This document shows, in pieces, positions 37,077 to 47,156 of a stretch of DNA of 64,000 nucleotides. The position numbers were made by a program, and so were the translations under genes. The stretch comes from Squalus acanthias (Eukaryota): positions 248,001 to 312,000 of the forward strand of contig JASTWF010000497.1 in NCBI GenBank assembly GCA_030390025.1, given 5' to 3'. How positions within the stretch are numbered: the stretch's first letter is position 1; each line of letters opens with the position of its first letter. The notes under the pieces were generated by a model. The model had not been told where the DNA came from, did no database searches, and worked only from the letters and a program-made list of their open reading frames with translations.

Positions 37077-39968
37077 GAGAGGACATATAAATTGGCCAGA
37101 AAAAGCAGCAAACCTGAGGATTGGGAGCAGTTTAGGATTCAGCAAAGGAGGACAGAGGGATTAATTAAAAGGGGGAAAATAGAATATGAGAGTAAGCTTG
37201 CGAGGAACATAAAAACTGATTGTAAAAGCTTCTATAGATATGTGAAGAGAAAAAGATTGGTGAAGTCAAGCGTAAGTCCCTTGCAGTCAGAATCAGGGGA
37301 ATTTATAATGGGGAACAAAGAAATGGCTGACGAATTAAATACATACTTTGGTTCCGTCTTGACAAAGGAGGACACAAATAAACTCCCAGAGATATCGGGG
37401 AACATAGGGTCTAATGAGAGGGAGGAATTGAATGAAATCAGTATTTGTAGGGAAATGGTGTTAGGGAAATTGATGGGATTGAAGGCCAATAAATCTCCAG
37501 GGCCTGATAATCTACATCCTAGGGTACTTAAGGAAGTGGCCCTAGAAATAGTAGATGCATTGCTGGTCATCTTTCAAAATTCTACAGACTCTGGAACAGT
37601 TCCCATGGATTGGAGGGTAGCTAATGTAACCCCACTATTTAAAAAAGGTGGTAGAGAAAAAATGGGGAATTATAGACCGGTAAGCCTGACATCGGTAGTG
37701 GGCAAAATGCTAGAGTCCATTATAAAAGATGTAATAGCAGAGCACTTGGAAAACAGTGACAGGATCGGACAAAGTCAACATGGATTTACAAAAGGGAAAT
37801 CATGCCTGACTAATCTACTGGAATTTTTTGAGGATGTAACTGGTAGAATAGATAAGGGAGAAACAGTGGATGTGGTGTATTTGGACTTTCAGAAGGCTTT
37901 CGATAAGGTCCCGCATAAGAGATTAGCGTGCAAAGTTAAAGCACATGGGATTGGGGGTGAGGTACTGATTTGGATAGAGAACTGGTTGGCAGACAGGAAG
38001 CAAAGAGTTGGAATAAATGGGTCTTTTTCCGAGTGGCAGGCAGTGACTAGTGGGGTACCACAGGGAGTGGTGCTAGGACCCCAGCTATTAACAATATATA
38101 TTAATGATCTAGACGATGGAACTAGATGTAATGGAGGAGAAATTCAGTATCGCCCCATTTGGGGCGCAATTATCGGCCGGGCGCAAAGATTAGCGCCTGG
38201 CGCTAATTATCGCCACCGACTGCAAACTTGACTTTTATCGCCCCTGGAGGTTATTGCAGCGCTAAATCAGGCGCTTCACACCTGTCTTAAGGCGCAAAGG
38301 CCAAGGAGCGAGGCGCTACCTCAGAGCGCTGGCGAAGCTCATGTAATGTCAGTCAGCAATGGAATACACACACAATGGCACGAGCCAGTTCTTAAAGGGG
38401 ATGGTTAATCTTGCTTTCCATCCACATCCTGCTCATTGCAGCCTTGAATCTCGGCCTGGAGAGACCTGCACATCAAATCTGCTGGAAAGAACAATGGAGA
38501 GTACCAGGCAAAGAGCTCAGAGTGCAGCCCCCACAGTCTCTTCTAAATCGATACAAGGAATGGCAAATCAAAATGAACCTGCAAAGTGCTGCTCAGTACC
38601 CAAAACTCCTTCACACAACGTTGAATCTCTCCAGAAGTCTCTCCCTCTCTCTCTCAGAATGCGTAGTTCAAAAATGGCACCAACAATAAAAGGCAGGAAG
38701 CGGTCACCTTTAAATAGCGCTCCCCCTTTCCCTTCATGACTGCAGAACGCTCCCCTCAACCTGTCGTTGCTAGCGTCAGGCGGTAAGGTAGGGGGCGCCA
38801 CTCAATATCCGCTCCGGGGCGATACCGGGGCGTTGTGCACTCGACTGACGTCACGATCTGCCGGTGCAGGAGATCGTGGCGGTAGTGTTTAGCGCCGCCG
38901 CAAAATGTCTAGTTAATTTCGCGAGCGGCACAAACTTCGTCGCGCCTGGGCGCCAGATGCTTTGCACCCCATTAGCGCCCTCTTAAGGCGCTAACGGGAG
39001 GCGCAACCAACTGAATTTTTCCCCCCAATATCTCCAAGTTTGCAAACGACACAAAGCTGGGTGGGCGTGTGTGCTGTGAGGAGGATGCAGAGAAACTCCA
39101 GTATGATTTGGACAGGTTGGGTGATTGGGCAGATGCATGGCAGATGCAGTATAATGTGGATAAATGCGAGGTTATCCACTTTGGTGGCAAAAACAGGAAG
39201 ACAGATTTTTATCTGAACGGCAATAGATTGGGAAAAGGGGAAGTGCAACAAGATCTGGGAGTCCTTGTGCACCAGTCGCTGAAGGTAAGCATGCAGGTGC
39301 AGCAGGCGGTTAAGAAGGCAAATGATATGTTGGCCTTCATAGCGAGAGGATTCGAGTACAGGAGCAAGGATGTCTTGCTGCAGTTGTACAAGGCCTTGGT
39401 GAGACCACACCTTGAGTATTGTGTGCAGTTTTGGTCGCCTTATCTGAGGAAGGATGTTCTTGCCATGGAGGGAGTGCAGCGAAGATTTACCAGACTGATA
39501 CCTGGGATGGCAGGAATGACGTATGGAGAGAGATTGGGTCGATTAGGCTTATATTCGCTAGAGTTTCAAAGAATGAGAGGGGATCTCATTGAAACGTATA
39601 AAATTCTAACAGGACTAGACAGACTAGATGCAGGAAGGATGTTCCCGATGGCGGGGGAGTCCAGAACCAGGGGTCACAGTCTAAGGATAAGGGGTAAGCC
39701 ATTTAGGACTGAGATGAGGAGGAATTTCTTCACCCAGAGAGTGGTGAACCTGTGGAATTCTCTACCACACAAGGCAGTTGAGACCAATTCATGAAATATA
39801 TTCAAGAGGGAGTTAGATATATTTCTTAAGGCTAAAGGGATCAAGGGATATGGGGAGAAAGCAGGGACAGGGTACTGAATTTGGATGATCAGCCATGATC
39901 TCATTAAATGGCGGAACAAGCTCGAGGGGCCGAATGGCCTACTCCTGCTCCTATCTTCTATGCTTCTA
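37077..39968 (+). mobile_element. 5'-truncated CR1 LINE with nearly intact ORF2, split by a MITE at 38133-39026
   Basis: Open frame to [11 protein letters not shown] resumes at 39027 as NISKFANDTKL. Tail ctcctgctcctatcttctatgcttct. Confidence 0.95.
38133..39026 (+). mobile_element. Non-autonomous PIF/Harbinger element (about 890 bp)
   Basis: AAT|GGAGGAGAAATTCAG ... CTGAATTTTTCCCCCC|AAT. Removing it restores the CR1 RT frame. Second copy at 43771-44658. Confidence 0.9.
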
Positions 39969-40104
39969 AGGGGGCGCGACTCAATTTTTAGCCCTTATTC
40001 TCATTGTTCCGTGAATATGTTCATTTGGAAATGTTCAGAAGATCCAACAACGGGATCTAGGAGGTAACTATCTCAAGGGCCAATGAACAAATCTTGAGGC
40101 AAGA

Positions 40105-41397
40105 AAGAACTTGCATTTATATAGCACCTTATCACATCCTCAAGAGTTCTCAAAGCACTTCACAATCGCTGAATTATATTGTTACATAGGCAAACGCAGC
40201 AGCCAATAGTGCACAACAAGATCCCCTAACCAGCAGCTTTATTACTGAGCAGTTAATCTGTTTTAGATGGTGTAGGTTGAGGGCAAAGTATTGGCCAGGA
40301 CACCAGGTGAACTCCCTGCTCTTCAAATAAAAAAGACTTACATTTATATAGCGCCTTTCACTACCTCAGGATATCCCAAGGTGGCAATGAAGTACTTTTT
40401 GAAGTGTAATCACTGTTGTAATGTAGGAAAGTGCCATGGGACCTTTTACATCCACCTAAACAAGCAGAACAGGGCCCCGATATTTTCTCGGGGCCAGGAA
40501 GAGAGCGGTGGCAAGGTGGGGATTTTCTGATGGGAAACCCGAAAGTATGGGTTTCCCGCACGTCCTGCAGAAATTAACAGCAGGACATCTTTTTAAATTT
40601 TTCAACAGGTTTCCTGCCCGACAGCCACCCAGAAAGGCTGGCTGCCTGTCGGCGGGAAAGCAGCCAGCGAAGGGAAGCTAGGTAAGTTTGATATCACTGG
40701 GGGGCGGGGCGGGCGCCAGGGGGAAGGTCGGACATGGCCGGGAGTCAAACATGGAGGGGACGATCGGACATCGCCGAGAGGTCAGATATCGTGGGAAGTG
40801 CGGCGAACCGAACATCGTGGAGAGTGGGGGGTGAATCTGACATCATGGGGAGGGTCGGCCGATTGCAGGATGGTGGGGGGCAGCTGATCGTGGGGTCCCA
40901 TCGCTTGGAGGTAAGCTTGTTGGGCCTGGGGGAAACACTCCTGCTCCTCCTGGCCCACAGACAGTGAAATAAAGGCATCCACCTCACGTCTCCGTTTACC
41001 TTACGGGATTCCTCCAGGATCCATGGATTAAAAGTAAAAATTCAGTTAAAATGGAGGCACACAGCCTCCTTAAAAGATTTTAGTGAGTGACCCACTTCCT
41101 GAGAGCGGGTTGGCCACCTGCCCCTGACCTGCCTCTGTTAAAACCAGAAATGGACAGGTTTGAGAATTTTACCTTCCCACCCACCCCCAACCCACCTGTC
41201 CTTGGGGGTTAACATTCCCCAACAGGTGTCAGTTTAACATTTTATCCAGAAGGTGGAAAATCCAACAATATAGCTCTCCCTCGGTACTACACTGAAGCGT
41301 CGGCCTAGATTATGCACATAAATTCTGGAGTGGGGCTTGAACCCACAAACTTCTGGCTCAGAGACGAGAGTGCTACCAACTAAGCCAAGCTGACACT
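40105..41397 (-). mobile_element. Composite of Deu-type SINE pieces, interrupted by a MITE
   Basis: Two SINE tails (about 40105 and about 40335), core gtgccatgggaccttttacatccacc, head ...accaactaagccaagctgacac at about 41375-41397. Confidence 0.7.
40472..41220. mobile_element. MITE related to 27185-28181, opposite orientation
   Basis: Right end cccaacccacc...gggttaacattccccc matches the reverse complement of the left end at 27185. Confidence 0.7.
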
Positions 41398-41596
41398 TAA
41401 ATGGCTACGCCCAAATGATGGAGGGTGTTGCCCAGCAGTCACCAAAATAGACTATGCCAGTTCAATTCCTTTCCAAACATGAGATGCTACTGAGAGAAGG
41501 TGAAGGTGGCCGAGTTCTCCTTGTCTTTCTTTTAACATTGCTGTGCCTCTGTAACTAATGTACCCGTCACAGTAGTGTCTTATTCACTGTTTGTAG

Positions 41597-41634
41597 AGAA
41601 TCAACCGCAGATGAATGTAATTTTTTTGATGTAG
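41597..41634 (+). CDS. Internal coding exon (phase 2-1)
   Basis: cttattcactgtttgtag|A GAA TCA ACC GCA GAT GAA TGT AAT TTT TTT GAT GTA G|GTAAGA gives (I)ESTADECNFFDV. Strong splice sites and phase matches 35778-35875. Confidence 0.7.
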
Positions 41635-42589
41635 GTAAGAGGATGCCACCAGACAAGATGCAGTGATCCAGCTAGTAAAACTGATAGGAGCTGAGGAGAT
41701 TGGAGTTAAGAGCATCCAAAGTGGAAATTGTAATGCCAAACATACGCTTCAACACTGGGTCAGAGATATACCCTGCAGAATGTATTCCAGCTAGATGCAC
41801 TTGCAATTTAACTTAAATATGAAAAAAGTATTACTGCTACTTTGGTTCCGCTATTTACACTGCTCGAGATTCTAGCTTTTAGTGGAAATTCTGCACTTTA
41901 AAGTATTCATTGAATCATTTTAGAATAAACTGTATTTCAAACAATGTTTGGCACTAGAAATGAACATAGACACTGGAAAAATATTACAGTCTCTATGGGA
42001 ATGACAGGAAAAATGGACTGAGACAAATAGTGATTCCTTCAGCTTGATCCTTTATGATTCTCTTCTAGTTATAGTGTGCATAAATTCACTCCCCCCCCCC
42101 CCACAATAAAACCCAAGAAACATGGTTATCATAGCACTCGTAAAGAACTGAATAATTTTAAATTCACACTCGCTAATAATACAGGTATCAGCTAAAATTG
42201 CTTTTCATACATCGTGTTGTGTAAGTGTTAATGACCCCTTCAAAACCCATTTCATTAAATCAGCATTATGGTGCTGTAAAACAGATATTATGTTCACCAT
42301 ACTCATAACCACAGACTAATTGTGAAGCCTTTTCAAACCTGAAACTTTTTTCATGCATACAAAATAATATAAAGCTCACTACTAAAATAAATTGTTTTAA
42401 AACAATGCTATCTCGCAGTTCAACATTTTTTCTTTTGGCTTGCATTCCTTTTTGAAAAGGATTTTTAAAATGGTATCATCGGTACTAGTGCAATTGAAAC
42501 ATGGTTAAGTTCACAATCCTTTATTAAAAATAAATCTAATGTTCTTCTCAATCACTGATTGTCTCACATCCTACTAATCACAATTAATG

Positions 42590-42950
42590 TGGTGCACTAC
42601 TTCAGTACTGAGGGAGTGCCGCCTTTATGTAGGTGCCACCTTTGAATGAGCTGTTAAACCAAGACCGAAACGCCTCTTAAAAGAGAAATAAAAGATCCAT
42701 GGCACTACTTAAAGAGTAAGGAGTTCTCCCACTGTCCTGGCCAATACTGGTCTTTCAATAAATACCATTAAAATAAATGAACTGGTTATTTGTCTGATTT
42801 GCAGTTTGTGGGATCATGCTTTGTGCAATTGGTTGCCACACCTGCCAACATGACACTGGTGACTACACTTCAAAAGGAATTTATTATGAAGCGCTTTGGA
42901 AAGTCCTGAGTATGTGATGAGGCTCTATCTAAATGCAAGTTCTTTCTTTC
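42590..42950 (+). mobile_element. Decayed Deu-type SINE
   Basis: cagtactgagggagtgc...aaagatccatggcactact...aaatgcaagttctttc. Confidence 0.75.
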
Positions 42951-43172
42951 TTGCAGTAATATGGTGGAGACTCAGAGAACTACACTCTGGGCTTTTTTTT
43001 CTCCCCAACAAGAAATTGTTACTTTGCAGCAGTCGTGTATACTACATGTGGTGTGATTAGCTGAAGGAAGCTTGAATTATTAACATTTATTGAAGTGTTT
43101 ATTCATCTGATTCAACAGAGCTCTGTACCTAAAAGGGGAACTGATTGATAATTACATTCTGGCACTGTTCAG

Positions 43173-43217
43173 AAACAAGCAACTTAAATAGCAAAACCAG
43201 CCTGGATGTTCTAAGAA
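43173..43217 (+). CDS. Candidate symmetric internal exon (phase 1-1, 45 nt)
   Basis: ttctggcactgttcag|AA ACA AGC...CTA AGA A|GTGAGT gives (E)TSNLNSKTSLDVLR. Confidence 0.45.
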
Positions 43218-43624
43218 GTGAGTGGGATTGGTGAAATCCAAATGAATTTGTAAATGAGGCTGTAACAGATGACGCCTTCGGCAATATATTAAATCTGAGC
43301 TCTATTTGAAAACTTAAGTAACTACACAGTTTAGACATATATTAAACTTAGGGACTGTGATATCTTTATTAAATATGAATTCTGAAGTGTTCATCTAATA
43401 TTTAATTACAGGATTTTTAAACACACAATGTTTTTCAGTATCCTTCTCAAGGCGACCATTTATATTAAAAATACATGCGTTAATCCAGTAATACTTCAGA
43501 AATAACAATTTAAACAATAACTTCAGATCGCAGTGCTCAGTTTGAGCTTTTCAAAAACTATGTTGAATTGATGGCACCGTATCATTTCTCTCAGAAATAT
43601 CTCGACATATTTCTCAAACAATTA

Positions 43625-44257
43625 ACTATTTTGAAGTGTGGGAACTGTGGGTATATCAGAATAGTCATTTTGTACACAGGAATATCCTTGTTGATGTTGG
43701 TTGGGGGAAGAATGCTGTTCAGGACACCAGGAGAACTTTCTACTCTTTGAATAGTGCCATGGAATCTTTAGGGGGAGAAATTCGGTATCGCCCCCTTTGG
43801 GGCGCAATTATCGGCCGGGCGCAAAGTTTAGCGCCTGATGCTAATTATCACCTCCGACTGCAAACTTGGCTTCTATCACCCCTGGAGATGATTGGAGCGC
43901 TAAATCAGGTGCTACACACCTCTCAAGGCGCTAACGCCGAGGAGTGAGGCGCTACCTCAGAGCGCTGGCAAAGCTCATGTGATGTCAGTCAGCAATGGAA
44001 CACAGACACACTGGCGCTGGCCAATTCTTAAAGGGGTGGGTCGATCTTGCTCTCCATCCACACCCTCCTCATTGCAGCCTTGAATCCCGGCCTGGTGAGA
44101 CCTGTACATCAATTCTGCTGGAAAGAACAATGGAGAGGCCAAGGGAAAGAGCTCAGAGTGCAGTCCCCATAGTCTCTTCTAAATCAATGCAAGGAAGGTC
44201 AAATCAAAGTGCAGCTCAGCACCCAAAACTCCTTCACACAGCGTTGAATCTCTTCAG

Positions 44258-44296
<39 letters not shown>

Positions 44297-44960
44297 AATG
44301 CGTGGTGTAAAAATGTCGCCGACAAAAAAAGGCAGGAAGCAGTTGCCTTTAAATAGCGCTCCCCCAGTCCCTTCCCGACTGCAAAACATTCCCCTCAACC
44401 TGTCATTGCTAGCGGCAGGCGGTAAGGAAGGGGGCACCACTCAATATCCAGTCCGGGGCGCTACCGGGGCGTTGCATGCTCAACTGACATCACGATCTGC
44501 GGGCACAGGAGATCATGGCAGTAGTGTTTGGCAATGCCGCAAAATGTCTGGTCAATTTCCCGAGTGGCACAAACATCGCTGCGTCCGGGCGTTAGTTGCT
44601 TTGCGCCCCATTAGCGCCCTCCTAAAGGGAGGCGATAAAGTAACCAAATTTTTCCCCCTTAATGTCCACTTGATTAAGCGGAATAACATCTCAGCTCAAG
44701 AACAGTAAACGTCTAACAGTGCAGCACTCCCTCAGTAATTGCAGTGGAGTCAGTTTAGATTATAGTGTAACTTAACCAATCCTGCACTCACAATGAGCAA
44801 TCATGCTTGAAGGGAGTGTAGGTCATGGAATCAGCATTACTGTTTGGCAACATCAATTGTCCAATCTAATTGGTGAATTTACCCTTGTGTGCTCAGGTAC
44901 TGGAGCAGGTATTGAACCCACATCTTTCTAACATAGACACAAGAGTCTTACCAAACTTGG
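43625..44960 (-). mobile_element. Decayed Deu-type SINE hosting a Harbinger insertion
   Basis: aatagtgccatggaatcttta|insert|atgtccacttga reconstitutes the SINE core. Confidence 0.65.
43771..44658 (+). mobile_element. Non-autonomous PIF/Harbinger element, second copy of 38133-39026
   Basis: TTA|GGGGGAGAAATTCGG ... CCAAATTTTTCCCCC|TTA. TTA is the canonical TWA TSD of PIF/Harbinger. Confidence 0.92.
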
Positions 44961-45242
44961 GGGAGTCGGAGATCGCGGGGTGAATGGGGGGAGTAGGTGA
45001 TCGAAGGGGGAGTCAGAGATGAAGGTGAGGGGAATAGCAGATCACAGGGTGGGGGTCAGAGATCGGGGAAGTCGGAGATCAGGGGGTGGGGGGGTGGTCG
45101 GCCGATTGCGGGTGTGTAAAAAGGTTAGTTTGTTGGGCCAGGAGGAAACACTCCTGCTACTTCTGGCCCAGAAGCAGCGCTGTAAATTCACTTACCTCAT
45201 GGATCTGGCCCATCTCGCCTCCTTTTACCTGTCGAATTCCCG

Positions 45243-45375
45243 AGCTGTGTGCAAATTGGTGGCTGCGTTTCCTACATTACAACAGTGATTAAACTTCAAA
45301 AGTACTTCATTGGCTGTAAAGCACTTTGGGACGTCCTGAGGTCATGAAAGGCGCTATATAAATGCAAATCTTTCT
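45243..45375 (+). mobile_element. 3' part of a Deu-type SINE, preceded by a MITE interior fragment (about 44958-45240)
   Basis: gctgtgtgcaaattggtggctgcgtttcctacattac...aaaggcgctatataaatgcaa. Confidence 0.75.
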
Positions 45376-46346
45376 TTTGTCAGCATCAGGCACCTCCATG
45401 GATGTAGCACAGCCAGCTCAAAAGTTAAGCTTCCGCTACACTGTCCCAATAATGTTCCTCACCCAAAGCCTTCGAAGAGCATCCCCTACTCCACCAGTGT
45501 GGCATTTTTCCCATTTTCTACACTATCCACCCTGTGGCCTGTTTGAGCGACATTACCAATCAGTACTGAATTAAGAGTATTTTTGTACTGTAAGTGCATA
45601 CTCACTAAGAACTGGATTGAGACTGCCTTGACTAATTCCACATAGCTGCCAGGCATTCTTTCAGGCTTCCTTGCCTCAGTGGACGGGATTTGTTAACACT
45701 TGCCCAAACCTATTGATGGGCGACCCTGCTCAATTGTTACATCTCATTAGAAAAAGGGGGAAGAATTATGATCAGGATGATTTTAATGTCAATCAGAAAA
45801 TCCAGCCACAAATGTCCATCTTATCTTGCTTGGATTGCAGACCATGCTATCTTATTCTAATTGAAGGATGTTCTGTTATAGCAAGCAGCTCCGGCAGGGA
45901 GGCTGAATGAAGGAGAGCAATTGGGATCACAAAACGTTGCAGTGTACTTATTTATATAAATATATTTTTTAATCAAAAATAGTTTTTTCTTTCTCTCTGT
46001 AGTGCAGGCATTTGCCGTCATGCTTTTCCCGTAAATCGGGGAGCAGGATGGTCTGGATTGCATGTTCAACATCATTGTCAATACAACTCTGTGAACAGGC
46101 AATGGAAGTTACACTTGTAGTACAGATGAAATGACCGGATCAGTTCCCCCTCACCCACCCCATACCACAGTGTAATAAGCAAATGGATCAAGCTCACCAT
46201 TAGAGGAAGGTCAACGATACCTATATACACAGCCACCTGCTTGGGAATCAGACAGCAATTGTTTAAAACAGTGAGAGTAAGCCATTTGCAAGTGCTATTT
46301 AACTGCCACTCAATAGTGCAGAGACACTTTACTGTGCTCTTATCAG

Positions 46347-46486
46347 ACCTGACCTACAGTATTTACCAAGAAGAAACCTTACAAATGATACAAGAAACTA
46401 ATACACAGATTACACAGGAGCAATATAATGAGGAAGCTCCTGTTTTGTTTAGTTCTTTAAAAAAGAATGACTTTCTCAGACACTAA
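46347..46486 (+). CDS. Candidate last coding exon (phase 1) of the + strand gene
   Basis: actttactgtgctcttatcag|AC CTG ACC TAC... gives LTYSIYQEETLQMIQETNTQITQEQYNEEAPVLFSSLKKNDFLRH*. Phase matches the upstream exons. Confidence 0.55.
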
Positions 46487-47156
46487 GGCAAGTACATCTA
46501 TTTGCCAGTGCTGGTCCCACAAGCTCCCTTGAATTTCACATAACAAAAGTAATCATACTGTGACTAGTGCATTCGTAAAGTGCAGCTATACTCCTCAGTG
46601 CAGTAAAAGCAAAAAGAACGATCAATTCTGAAGACACAATTATCCACAACACATTCAGGACAAGGAGAAGGGTATTATTTTGCTGTAAGTTACTCAGCTT
46701 CTTTCTCACTCGGTTACATTTTATTACTTAATAATTGGACAGCACAGTCAACAACAATGAATAAGCAGAGCGAGGTTAAGAAAATCTTTTTAAACACAGA
46801 ATATTGGAATGGCCTACGAGAAACAGTGATGGAAACAGGCTCTGAAGTAGATCTTCAAAGGGAAGTGCATTAGTACTTTTTTTAATGAAATGGTGTGACC
46901 AAAGTTCCACTCCAGATGTGTTCTGGTGATTGGATCATGTTGATTTTTTCTGTTGCTGATACAAAAGGTAAACAGAAAATTAGAAAAGAATGGACAAGGT
47001 TTTATATTTTTATTTATCCAGTAAGAAAATCCTCTGAGATTCACTTATCTGTGACTTTTATTTGCTACACTGTGCATACAGTCCAGCCTCATTCACAGTA
47101 CTATGCCTAAATTTGCTCCATTGTAAACGTAGCACATCGCCATTCGCTTTATTGTG

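Larger units (their letters stand above)
36362..39994. mobile_element. Outer Harbinger-like MITE (36362-37076 plus 39971-39994) split by a CR1
   Basis: TTA|GGGGGAAAATTGGG ... CAATTTTTAGCCC|TTA. The halves rejoin as GCGCCCCAAAG/GGGGCG, matching the subterminal sequence of 43771-44658 in reverse. Confidence 0.8.

Noticed and set aside
37092-38231. 379-aa ORF as a functional reverse transcriptase gene
   Set aside because: It is a 5'-truncated CR1 ORF2 reading through into an inserted MITE. The catalytic motif is separated and mutated (FAND).
43995-44708. 237-aa ORF inside the Harbinger element
   Set aside because: The frame is not preserved in the sister copy (38359-38739 stops early), it crosses a (CT)n tract, and it has no domain features.
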